Positions 1 through 13,479 of a stretch of DNA of 64,000 bases are shown here, piece by piece. Position 1 is the first letter of the stretch, and every line of letters starts with the position of its first letter. This DNA comes from Ranitomeya imitator (lineage: Eukaryota), in the NCBI RefSeq assembly GCF_032444005.1, contig NC_091286.1:469960001-470024000 (forward strand), written 5' to 3'. A program made the position numbers and the translations under genes. A model generated the notes under the pieces. That model was not told the DNA's origin, did not search any database, and worked only from the letters and a program-made list of their open reading frames with translations.

Positions 1-720
1 CTGCAGGCCAAACTGAACGCGGACAAATGTAACTTTTGTGACTGGCAGAACGGAAGGTGTAATCTTCCAACTTTTATAGATAACAACTACGGGAATGCCT
101 GTCACAAATGAGAATATGATGAAGAAGTAGAATAGGAAGAATAATAACAGTGGAATAAAAAGAATATGTAGAATAGGAAGAATAATAATAGTTGAAGAAA
201 ATGAATATGAAGAATGTAATAAAAAAAAAAAATAGGTAGAAGATGAAGAAGAAGATGAATAAGGTGAAGAAGTTGATGTCAAGGATGCTGATGATGATGA
301 AGATGAAAGTGTGGGAAAAGAAAAAAAAAAAAAGAAAAAAAAGAAGGGGAAGGGCGTGGAATAGTGAAACATCAATATCTGACAAAATAAAAAAAATTTA
401 CATACTCAATATCTTTTTCAATCCGAACGTCTTTAAAAAAAAAAAAAAAACATGCTATTCTATTTGATTGGACTAATCCTCATTGCCTTTAATGTCTCCG
501 CCACCTCCCCCATACATCCTACATTATTCTTAGTTGTTTTCCTTCAGGTAGAATGAACCTACAAGGAAAGAAAGGGTTTATTTTAATTCCGATATTTTGG
601 TCCCATTGACTTGCATTGGGATCGGGTATCGGTATCGGCGATATCCGATATTTTTTGAATATCGGCCGATCCAAACCGATACCGATACTTTCCGATATCG
701 GAAGGTATCGCTCAACACTA
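1..720. mobile_element. Right end of a hAT-like DNA transposon (runs off the window start)
   Basis: Ends in CGCTCAACACTA (reverse complement TAGTGTTGAGCG, a hAT-type TIR), preceded by the subterminal CGATA/TATCG-rich quasi-palindrome at 617-710 and a purine-rich low-complexity tract. Family call is from motif recognition. Confidence 0.6.
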
Positions 721-1699
721 CTCAACACTATTAAGCATATAAAAAATATATTTTTTAAGATGAGCAGGTTTGTTTTTTGAAAAGTGAAGAAATTGCTTTT
801 AAGCAGTCTTCCAAATTTGATCCATATTTGGGATTAGCAAAAGTATTGTTTTCAAAGTGTAGAAGATATTCCTTTTTTAGCAAACCATCCAAAATGTATC
901 TCTTTTTTACAAGCAGCAACAGGTTTCCAGTTTGGAAAGTGAAGCTATCTAAAATTTTTTCCTTTTTTTAAAGAGCATTTTTCAATATGTAATCCATACA
1001 GGGTAGGGTTCCCAGCAATATCACAGTATAATTTTAGAACATAATGGAAATGCAGAAGATATGCAGATATTTATTGGCAATTGCAAAGACCTAAAAATGC
1101 CAGCACTGGCAGATCCTATAGCAGGAGCATCACAGTATACAGTAGATATGTAGAACATAATGAACTGGCAGGGGATGCCCGGCTGTGTAGTAGCATAGGC
1201 ACTACAGGTAGTATTGCAATATAGAACATTATACAGATAGGCATATTCTATGGCTGATCTAGTCACTATCAAAAGTCATACATGAATTAAAATCCTTGCT
1301 GCTCCATTACTAACTCATTTTGATAAATGTAAGGATTCCATGCTTGTGGAGGACATTCTGGTCCTTTTGGAAGTAACACAGCCACCTGTCATGCTGAATA
1401 ACTTTTACATTGTAGACTGAACAAGACAGTCTGACTGTGCCACATTGGGCCTGTACTTGCTACTGATCCCATATGCAAGATGCTGACATCCATGGGAGTC
1501 AAAGTTCAAGATATCTGCCGGAGAATGGATACAGTCCAGGTACTAATAAATCTTATGTTCAACTATTATGTTTCTGCTGATGTGTCAGTTTGGCATAACA
1601 GCTGATAAATATTTGGTCCTTAATGTAAGGTAGACTGCAATTATTGCTACTTTTGCTTCTTGTTGTGATGATAGTGCTGGAATAAGTGTTGTTTCATTG

Positions 1700-2790
1700 A
1701 GGTTTCTTAGATCTATTGGTCAAATGTGGTCAGCAGGCATCTGTTCTGCAAATATTTTGCTGCGCAGGGAACAAAGCTTATCCTTGTATTTCATGGATTT
1801 TAAATCCCTTTATGAAGCAGGAACAAAATTCCCATTTTACTTTTATAGCAAGAGAATGGAAGCATGACTATCAAATTGTCATCCCTTTGCTTCATGTCAA
1901 CAATATACCTGCCAGCTCACAAGCAATCATACAACGTTCATGCTTGCCAGCATGGCTGAGATAACTGTTCACTTTCCATCGCCTCATCCCTTGCTGCAAC
2001 TCTTGGTCATCATAACCAGTGCCATCATCATATATTTCACCACTGACTGTCAGCCTTGTATTCTGCCTCTCTTTGGACTAACTCAATGTCCCAGGCATAT
2101 CCACCTGTTGCTGCTCCTCCTTCTCCTACATCACACTTGTCACTGAGGCCCAAGAGGCCTATGTTGGTAATATACATGTAGAAGATTCTTTTCTTCCTCT
2201 GTCCCTTGCTACACCCCTGTGAGTAATTTTTTCCCATTTTAATATGGGATACCACACTTTTCCTTACAGCAGCCTCTTCAAAAGAGGCTTAGTAGGCGAG
2301 GCACATTCAAAAGTCGTCTTAGACACATTTCTTATCAGCTACCAAGGGCAGATTTCAAAGTAACCAAAGCTGAGTTTTCCTGCAGCATAATGTAATTGGT
2401 CACTGCTCTACAAATCAAGCAGTACTGAGGAAGTCTATTCTGTTTTCTCAAAGCCTGTAGGGTATGCTTTTCCATGTACATACAGTTGAAAATCCAAGAT
2501 ACTCTCTGGCCAAGAACACCACCGGCTTCAACCAGTATACCTACTCATTGCAGCATCATCTGCTCTTGAGATAACCATAGAAAATGCAGATTTGCCTCCA
2601 GAAAATCTTTTGCAGGCATTGACTCCAATCTTACTCAACAGCCCCTTTATCACCCTGATCTGGTAATTAGGTCCTGCTCACGACTCCATCACCTTCATAA
2701 CGTCATCATCACTGACTCGGCTGACAGTTAACTCAGAGACCGAATGTGTCGGCTGCCACTAACAATACCCCATTCACATGTAGAAATATT
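1700..2790 (-). pseudogene. Highly decayed non-LTR (RTE-like) reverse transcriptase fossil
   Basis: Manual three-frame translation of the minus strand gives RT-like motifs in the expected order: VSDDDVMKVMES*AGPN, SRYTG*..PESIL, TGFEK, LKSALGS**EMCLRRLL, TGV*QG, IFYMYITNI, GYAWDIELV. Many stops and frameshifts. Confidence 0.45.
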
Positions 2791-3278
2791 GAGAAAAGTG
2801 AGCTCAAACAGAGTAAATAATTCCAAATATGTGTTCACCATGATTAAGAATGCTATACCCACCAGAAAAGCATAGGTGCTGCATACTAATTGTTGCATAA
2901 TTTCCCTAATATCCTTGTCATTTTAAACACACTTTATTAAAGTTTGGAATTTTTTACTCCATTTGAGCTAGATTTTTACCATATTTCTTGTTTTGTTGTC
3001 TATGACAGTAGTTATGTTCCAGGCTCCAAAGGACGTCTTGCTGCATTGTTGAATCGGCTTTTCTATTCTATTCCTTTAATATGCAACTATTACAACTACC
3101 AGCAGCACAGGTTCATCTGTTATACAAAGTGTGCTGCCTAGCAACATTTTTGCATTTTTTGCTTGTAGAGGCAGGGTGTTTTTTAATACAAAAGAAAAGA
3201 AAAATCTTAACATTCCAGAAATGTAAATTCAATTGTCTTGCTCGCAAAGTGTATTTAAAAAAAAAAACTACACCTGTA

Positions 3279-3447
3279 TGTAAGAAGAAGAACCCAGCTA
3301 GGCGTGCTTCCTCTGTGACGGGTCTGGAACCATTGGGGCTGTCACCTGTGTTGCAGGGGGGAAAGCTTAAGGCCCTGGACTGTTCCTGGCAGTTGAGAAA
3401 AGGGGCTGTGGCTAAGCTGAGGGAATTGCAATGGGCGAGTAATCCTG
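3279..3447 (+). mobile_element. Truncated LTR start, same family as 3696-4719
   Basis: About 170 bp beginning TGTAAGAAGAAGAACCCAGCTAGG, closely similar to the sequence from 3696 (TGTAAGGAGAAGAGCCCAGCTAGG). Confidence 0.65.
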
Positions 3448-3695
3448 AAATGGCTGTTTTTCCAGAGTTGAGCATGTCTCCGCCTTCGTTGATCTAGCCT
3501 GATTCAACTACTCATGTAGAACCAACTGATATTCCCAGTTTACGACATTCTGAACGTTCAACAGCAGGAAAACCCCAAAACCGATTTAATCACGATCGTT
3601 TTGTTTGACAGCAAGTTGTTCAAAACTTAGATGAATGTCAACGCATACTACAAGAACTCTTACCTGTGGTATGGCGAGCACAAAGAGAGGGGGAA

Positions 3696-4719
3696 TGTAA
3701 GGAGAAGAGCCCAGCTAGGCATGCTTTCTCTGTGACGGGTCCCGTACCATTGGGGCTGTCACCTATGTTGCAGGGGGAAAGCTTAAGGCCCTGGACTGTT
3801 CCCGGCAGTTGAGAAAAAGGGATGTGGCTAAGCTGAGGGACTTGCAATGGGCGAGCAATCTGATAGTGACAGCGGGTGCGTGCAGTGCACAAGAGGTTAG
3901 TGTAGGTGCTCCTAACGCAGAGTATCGTGAGAGAGCAGGCCTAAGACTTGATGACTAGAGGGTGATAAACGGAGACTGTTGTCAGAGCCACGTACTGATA
4001 TCGCTGACACCGCTAACACCATTGATACCGCTGACTGTGAGACAAAGGGCCCGTGTATGGGACATAGCCTCGCGCCTACACAGACCGGAGAGTCATACCA
4101 CCCATTGTGAACTTTATCCTGTTAAGCTTCTAAACAGACCCCGCATAGGGGAAACCGCCATGCAGGACAGAGACATTGCCTTGTGTATTCCTTCTCCTTC
4201 CGGACCCAAAGCCGGTATCAGGACCACAAGGAAACATCACCCACAACAGGACCCAAGACGCCATCCTCTCAAGGACAACACCAAATTTCTACAGCACCAT
4301 TGCCTTGGTGCCACCGTTTGCACCCAGGGAATACACTGAGGACTGCATCGGATAGATAAGTATTTTTCCTCTGAACGTATTGTCTCAGTTACTTGTTTTA
4401 CTACCGTGTTCCCCTGTTAGGCTGCCGTCACACTAGCAGTATTTGGTCAGTATTTTACATCAGTATTTGTAAGCCAAAACCAGGAGTGGAACAATTAGAG
4501 GAAAAGTATAATAGAAACATATGCACCACTTCTGCATTTATCACCCACTCCTGGTTTTGGCTTACAAATACTGAGGTAAAATACTGACCAAATACTGATA
4601 GTGTGACGGCAGCCTAACCCATTGCTCTGACTATGTTCCGCTACTGTATCCAACGTGCCTGCTGTCTCCACATGTACATGCCACCCGAATATAGTGGACT
4701 GTTGCAGATGCATGTTTCA
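3696..4719. mobile_element. Solo LTR (probably Gypsy), interrupted by a MITE
   Basis: TG...CA termini with a 4-bp direct repeat GGAA at 3692-3695 and 4720-4723. Confidence 0.6.
4420..4614. mobile_element. Harbinger-type palindromic MITE
   Basis: Near-perfect fold-back GGCTGCCGTCACAC...GTGTGACGGCAGCC with TTA/TAA flanks. Confidence 0.8.
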
Positions 4720-4941
4720 GGAACATAAACCTGCATAGCTTTTCTCGTCATGCTTGTCCTGTCCATTTTGCTAAAGAGTAGACCTGGGGGTGTTTCCCTT
4801 TTTAAAATCTTTAAATTGGGCACATTTCAAAATTTGCATTCCTGATGCACTTGTTCAATTTTGCAACCATAACGGACAAAGCAATATTGCTGTCTTTTTT
4901 CTGCATTTTTCTTTCCATGCAAGTACCCAGTTAGCAATGTA

Positions 4942-6304
4942 CCGTATATACTCGAGTATAAGCCGACCCGAGTATAAGCCGACCCCCCTAATTTTGCCAC
5001 AAAAAACTGGGAAAACTTATTGACTCGAGTATAAGCCTAGGGTGGAAATGCAGCATTTACCGGTGAATTTCAAAAATAAAAATAGATCATTATTTCCCCA
5101 TAGCTGTGCCATATAGTGCTCTACACCATTCATATTTCCCCATAGCTGTGCCCCATATAGTGCTCTGCACCGTTCACTGTGCCCCCTAGCTGTGCCATAT
5201 ACAGTGCTCTGCACCGTTCACTGTGCCCCATAGCTGTGCCATATACGGTGCTCTGCACCGTTCATTGTGCCCCCTAGCTGTGCCATATACGGTGCTCTGC
5301 ACCGTTCACTGTGCCCCCTAGCTGTGCCTTATACGGTGCTCTGCACCGTTCATTGTGCCCCCTAGCTGTGCCTTATACGGTGCTCTGCACCGTTCATTGT
5401 GCCCCCTAGCTGTGCCTTATACGGTGCTCTGCACCGTTCATTGTGCCCCCTAGCTGTGCCTTATACGGTGCTCTGCACCGTTCATTGTGCCCCCTAGCTG
5501 TGCCTTATACGGTGCTCTGCACCGTTCACTGTGCCCCATAGATGTGCTCCATATACGGTGCTCTGCACCGTTCACTGTGCCCCATAGATGTGCTCCATAT
5601 ACGGTGCTCTGCACCGTTCACTGTGCCCCATAGATGCTCCACATTAATCTGTGCTGCCGCTGCTACTGCTGCAATAAAAAAAAAAAACACATACTCACCT
5701 CCCTTGATTGCAGCTCCCAGCGTCTCGTTCCGGCGCCTCCATCTTCCCGGCGTCTCTGCTCTGACTGATCAGGCAGAGGGCGCCGCGCACACTATATGCG
5801 TCATCGCGCCCTCTGCCTGATCAGTCAGAGCAGAGACGCCGGGAAGATGGAGGCGCCGGCCGGGAAGATGGATCGGCGCCCGGCGGCTGGAACGAGGACA
5901 GGTGAATATAACATACTCACCTAGTCCTGGCGATCCTCGCGCTGTCCCCTCCTGTCACAGCTGTCTTCGGCGCTGCAGCTTCTTTCTCTATCAGCGGTCA
6001 CCGGCACCGCTGATTAGAGGAATGAATAGGCGGCTCCGCCCCTATGGGAGGTGGAGCCGCTTATTCATTTCTGTAATGAGCGGTCCCACGTGACCGCTGA
6101 AGAGAGGAAGAAGCTGCAGCGCCGAAGCCCGTGGGACGGCAGGGACAGCGCGAGGATCGCTGGGACTAGGTAAGTATACCCCAGCGCCCTCAGCCCCTCA
6201 CCTGCCGACCCCACCGCTACCGTGACTCGAGTATAAGCCGAGGGGGGCACTTTCAGCCCTAAAATTTGGGCTGAAAATCTCGGCTTATACTCGAGTATAT
6301 ACGG
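4942..6304. mobile_element. Non-autonomous Tc2/pogo-like (TcMar) element
   Basis: TIR CCGTATATACTCGAGTATAAGCCGA at both ends, TA TSD (4940-4941 and 6305-6306), internal hairpin at about 5730-5850. Confidence 0.85.
5100..5640. repeat. 44-bp minisatellite, about 12 copies, inside the MITE
   Basis: Unit GCTGTGCCTTATACGGTGCTCTGCACCGTTCATTGTGCCCCCTA; period measured 5291 to 5335. Confidence 0.9.
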
Positions 6305-6803
6305 TAGCTTTTTAGTGTTATGTAATTTCTTTGTCAGGGGGAGGGAGAATTTAATCTAAAAAATATGTATGAAAAAATTATTTTATTTGAGAGCAGCACA
6401 TTGTAGAGACTGAGATTGTGATTCCAGTGATGCATCACGTAGTCGGCAGCTTAGTGAAATTTTGATAAAAACACAATGTTATCAGCAGGTGGTTCTCATT
6501 AGAGGATTAGTAAACCTACTGTCATGTAGTCAAGCATATTCTTGAGTTCTGTGTAAGCCCGCCACCATCACTGATTGTAGATTTCTGTGTATGCAGATAA
6601 TTTCTGGATCTGCAGCAGATAAAGCAGTGATGTTATAAAAATGACAGGAAGCAGTCAAGTGGCACATTACTGGAATCCGGGTCTCTGCCTTTACATTAGC
6701 TTTAAGATTTTGCAAATCTGTTTTCCAGCACCAATTTAGCAACAATTATACACTACGGTAATACTGCGTGCTTTTGCGAATTTATTTTCTGTGCACGAAC
6801 ATA

Positions 6804-8640
<1,837 letters not shown>

Positions 8641-9346
8641 CACTTTTTGACTGTTTTTACAACTTATGCAGACAAAAAAATCCTGCAGTACAGTGAACTG
8701 TTTCCTCAGATAGGTTGATGTCACTATGACATTTCTAAGGCTATATTTGCATTAAAGAGCTAGAAAGGGGTTCAATACAGTCATATAATATCTCAGAGTG
8801 TTACATCCTTTCTGAAGAGATAGACATGCCACCTCACGAAATTCATGAAAAAATGATTTATCAAAAAACAAATTTTGTGAAAAAATGAAAAGCTAATGAA
8901 TTTAAATCTCTAATATTTTCTCCTGATTGGCTGATGATATGATGTGATAACTACTAGGCGTTATCGGGAACCTCGCCTGGATATGCTTGGGGTCATGTGA
9001 TCCTTTTCTACCCAATGCAATTTTCTGTGGAAAACGATGGTGGCCCTTTTAGGCTATTCATGCAAAATGAATCACAATATGTTCAAAATTTAATGTGTTC
9101 AGCAAATTTCTAAGAATTTTACATGATTTTGATTTGCATTAAATCCTTTTGCTCATCTCTAATTTCCATTATTTTGAAACAGACGGAGATATGTATTCTA
9201 TTTTTCCAATATTTTTTTTTTCTGTAGATTTCTTTATTTTCTACATATAAATTTGGCAGCCATCTTGCCCAAAGTTTTTACAACAGCTTTATGGAAATGA
9301 TGTACAGCGTCCACATGGTCACTAATCAGCAGTAGTTTTAAGCTTA

Positions 9347-9542
9347 GGACGGGATCACACATGCGAGAAACACGTCCGTGTCTCGCATGTGAAATCCAAT
9401 CTCTGGCGATGGCACTCCAGAGCGAAGTGTGCGGCTCCATGTGTTGCTATGCGGCCGCACGCTTCGCTCCACAGTGCCGGCGCCACAGCTTGGATTTCAC
9501 ATGCGAGACATGGACGTGTTTCTCGCATGTGTGATCCCGGCC
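9347..9542. mobile_element. Harbinger-type palindromic MITE
   Basis: GGACGGGATCACACATGCGAGAAACACG.../...CGTGTTTCTCGCATGTGTGATCCCGGCC, TTA/TAA flanks. Confidence 0.8.
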
Positions 9543-9775
9543 TAATTCAGTTGAGTTTTGTAGGCATTCTGTGCTGTATGTCAACAGGGAGGGAAAACGT
9601 CAGATATGAAATATTTTGTATGTAATGATTCTATGTTATTTATAGAAAGGTGTTATCTGTTATCGGTGTACTGCCTGAACATGACGTTGTGAATATAATG
9701 GGATGACTACTGAAAAAAAGATCTACAAAGAGTATGGTGTGAGTAAAAAGTATGGGCCCTAGTAACCAGTGGAAT

Positions 9776-9941
9776 NNNNNNNNNNNNNNNNNNNNNNNNN
9801 NNNNNNNNNNNNNNNNNNNNNNNNNNNNNNNNNNNNNNNNNNNNNNNNNNNNNNNNNNNNNNNNNNNNNNNNNNNNNNNNNNNNNNNNNNNNNNNNNNNN
9901 NNNNNNNNNNNNNNNNNNNNNNNNNNNNNNNNNNNNNNNNN
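9776..9941. other. Assembly gap (N run)
   Basis: 166 N. Confidence 1.
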
Positions 9942-11039
9942 CATATCATGATTTATATTTTGAGTAATTTTCTGATAACACATTCCACTTATATCTATGT
10001 TTATTTTAGAGATATGAAGCAATGCAATAGAAAAACAGTGCTTTAACAGCTCTTTTGATGCTTAATGTAATAGATCAGCCCATAATGTAATAGATCAGCA
10101 CAAAAAGTAAAATTTTCAAAAACCGGACAGTTATGATAAGACTGTTGTGTTTTGCATCATATTTTACATACGGTAAATATATTTCATAGATTTTGTTAGA
10201 ATAATTTTATTTTATTTTCAGACTTAATTTTATGAATAGGAATAAAAAAAGACAAAGCAATGACTAGTCTTGATGAAAGCACATTTTCTTTCATGATAAT
10301 CCATTTTTTGTTTTTCCAGCCACCATGACAAGACACCCCTTTCATCCAATGTTTACTAAATCATGTCATTCAATTGTAACTTTTTGAGACCCTTAAAATT
10401 ATAAGTCATGAAAATAGCAGCATCAGTTGGCAAGTTAATCAGCATATTAAAGCGAGAATTTTCTCATGTATCGTGTCTCCTTAACAAATGTGCTTATAAA
10501 ATTAATAATTAGCACCATGAGGTGTATGTAGATGTGTAACCTAACAGTATTTTGCATGTCTATCAAGCTGTCAGATAAAATTACCCATTAAAAGATGGAA
10601 ATGCTATACCTTGCAGTTTAACTGGGAAATGTGACTCATCTCTGTATGACTTCCTTGAAAGCAACAGTTATGTATAACGCATTAATCAGCTCCAGCACTG
10701 CACGTTTAAGTATACATATATACTCAGATAAATGAAACAGAAAATGAGAATAGATTTATCTCTAAGCTTAAGCAGAAATATGAATGCATCAAAGTTATGC
10801 AAATTTTGTCAATTTTTACATGTGGTTTTCAAGCAAAATTATTCTAAAATACATCATTAAAACATTTTAGAACCTCTGTATGAAGTGCTTTTCACATTAT
10901 ATACTTTAATTCCGTTCTATCTATTTGACTACACTTTTAAACATGTCACAAAATTAATTTAACAGCATAATTAGCCAAACTGAAGTTAGGAGCAGCAATA
11001 TTGGAGGCTTACTCTGCTATTATTACCATTGGCAGTTAA

Positions 11040-11300
11040 AGGGGTTACCCAATACTAGGAGTAGCCCTTCTCAATCTATTTGCCCCAGTTAAAATAAAAA
11101 ACATCTTTACCCATCTTCGGTGCCAGTACAGTTCCAGCGGTGTCAGCATTCATGTTCCCACGCTCATGTGAGATTTTTATGTCACACGAGCCCTGCGACC
11201 AATCAGCACTGGCTTCACTGTCCTCGCCTTCGGACAAATCAAGAGGAAGTCAGAGAGCATCTGCACCTCATAGCTGCTCTCTGACTACAAGAAAGCTCAT
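11040..11300. mobile_element. T2/Kolobok-like MITE fragment
   Basis: TTAA|AGGGGTT start; right end not clear. Confidence 0.4.
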
Positions 11301-11354
11301 TTGGTACAATTCATGTACAACAAACATACAATATAACAGGCAAATTATTGGTAA

Positions 11355-11693
11355 GGCTAGGTTCACATTGCGTTAACAACAGCCCGTTCAACACATGCGT
11401 TAACAGGCTGCTCTTAACGCAAGTGCTGACATTCCATCGCGCTAGCGCAGGCAGAGCTAGCAGATGCTCTATCTGCGCTAGCAGTGACTGACCCAGAAAC
11501 GCTGCAGCCCGCATCCCAGGGTCTGTCACTCAATGACGGCACATTGCTAGCGCACGCCCAATGTGGGCATGCGCTAGTGATGCATCCGACATAGGAATTA
11601 ATGGCAGTGTTAACGGACTGCGCTACACCGCGTTATGCCGCGGTGTAACATAGTCCATCTAATGGACTTGTGCAACGCACTGTGAACCTAGCC
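11355..11693. mobile_element. Harbinger-type MITE
   Basis: TIR GGCTAGGTTCACA / TGTGAACCTAGCC with a perfect TAA TSD. Confidence 0.9.
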
Positions 11694-12099
11694 TAAGAAA
11701 AAAAAAACAAATGTGCATTCAGAGCAAAGAGTAAAGTCATGCTGGTATTTAGATACATCATAACTTGTAAATGCATTGTGATTCCTCAGAAAGTTACACT
11801 TCAGTCAAAGGGCGAACAGTCTGTGTGGTTTATCCATATTCCTTTAGATTCAAACTAAACCAAAACCTTTCTAGCAAATTTAGACGTAAAGGCTGTATTT
11901 TGAGAGAGTATTTTTAGCTTTGTTTCTATAACACCTGTACATTCTTATTCTTTATAACTCTCTCTCGCTGCAAAATGTTGATGACGAAGAAACAGGATAC
12001 TCAGAACTTTCCACACTAGTGATAATTGGAGTTCTACTAGTCTAACTTTTTTCAAATTGCATCCTGTGTACACTTGAAAGTCTGCAATCTATATCAGAT

Positions 12100-12770
12100 T
12101 TTAACAACATTGTTGTAAGTAAAGAGAATCACATAAAACAAACAAGTCACACATGTTAGACTTTGTCATACTTTAATTGAATAAAATGATCCAATATCAC
12201 GTTTGTGAGTGTTGAAAGATGTGAACCTTTAGGATTAGCATGTAATTAGAAGGTGAAACTAGAGTATGGTATCTTCAATCAATTAAAAGGCAATCTGGAG
12301 TGAGTAAGTGACCAGTATTTTTGAAGCTAGAGGTATTTATTAAAGTCTGATCTTCACAACATGTTCTTGGAAGTGTGTCATGGCATGGACAAAGTCAATT
12401 TCTGAGCAACTCAGAAGAGGTGTTATTGATGCTCAAGGTTGGAAACCATCTATAAAAGAGAATGGACTCCACCAAGCCACAGATAGGCAGATTGGATACA
12501 AATGGAGGAAATTGAAAACCATTGTTATCCTCTATAGAAGTGGTTAACCAACAAAGATCCCTCCAAGAATAAAACATTTAATAACCTACATGGTTGCAGA
12601 AACGCAAGGTAACCTCTAAGCAACTAAAGGACTTTCTCACAGTCCACTATAAGGAAGACACTGAACACCAAAGTTTGTGATGCATGACATGATTGCAAAG
12701 AAAAAGCCACTGTCCTCTAAAAAAGAACTTTGTTGCTTAATGGCAGTTTGCTGCAGATCACCTGGATAAC
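12100..12770 (+). mobile_element. Decayed Tc1 5' part (N-terminal transposase)
   Basis: Translates as MAWTKSISEQLRRGVIDAQ...QIGYKWRKLKTIVIL, then IAKKKPLSSKK, with stops and frameshifts. Confidence 0.6.
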
Positions 12771-12872
12771 GCAACAGAGATAACAAAATCTTGCAAAATT
12801 TTGAATTCACCTGGTTCAACAAATTTTTTGCTTCAAAAATTGATTCACAACAAATTAATAAGTTAAGAATGT

Positions 12873-12909
12873 CTAGAAGCTTGGGCTGATAAATGCAAAT
12901 GAGCTTTAA
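12873..12909 (+). mobile_element. CR1 LINE 5' stub (continues at 20624)
   Basis: CTAGAAGCTTGGGCTGATAAATGCAAATGAGCTTTAA = LEAWADK.QMSFN, which joins ..GDKCKVMHLG after the piggyBac. Confidence 0.8.
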
Positions 12910-13479
12910 CCCCTTTACCCCCAAGGGTGGTTTGCACGTTAATGACCGGGCCAATTTTTACAATTCTGACCACTGTCCCTTTATGAGGTTATAACTCTGG
13001 AACGCTTCAACGGATCTTGGCGATTCTGAGATTGTTTTCTTGTAACATATTGTACTTCATGATAGTGGTAAAATTTCTTTGATATAATTTGCGTTTATTT
13101 GTGAAAAAAACGGAAATTTGGCAAAAATGTTGAAAATTTAGCAATTTTCCAACTTTGAATTTTTATTCTGTTAAACCAGAGAGTTAAGTGACACAATATA
13201 GTTAATAAAAAACATTACCCACATGTCTACTTTACATCAGCACAATTTTGGAAACAAAATTTTTTTTTTCTAGGAAGTTACAAGGGTTAAAATTTGACCA
13301 GCAATTTCTCATTTTTACAACAAAATTTACAAAACCATTTTTTTTACGGACCACCTCACATTTGAAGTCATTTTGAGGGGTCTATATGGCAGAAAATACC
13401 CAAAAGTGACACCATTCTAAAAACTGCACCCCTCAAGCTGCTTAAAACCACATTCAAGAAGTTTATTAACCCTTCAGGT

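Noticed and set aside
74-467. Low-complexity F/I-rich and K/M-rich ORFs
   Set aside because: A purine-rich simple-sequence tract within the hAT end.
10320-10390. Acceptor-like site followed by CCACCATG
   Set aside because: The ORF stops after 20 codons, with no donor site or recognisable product.
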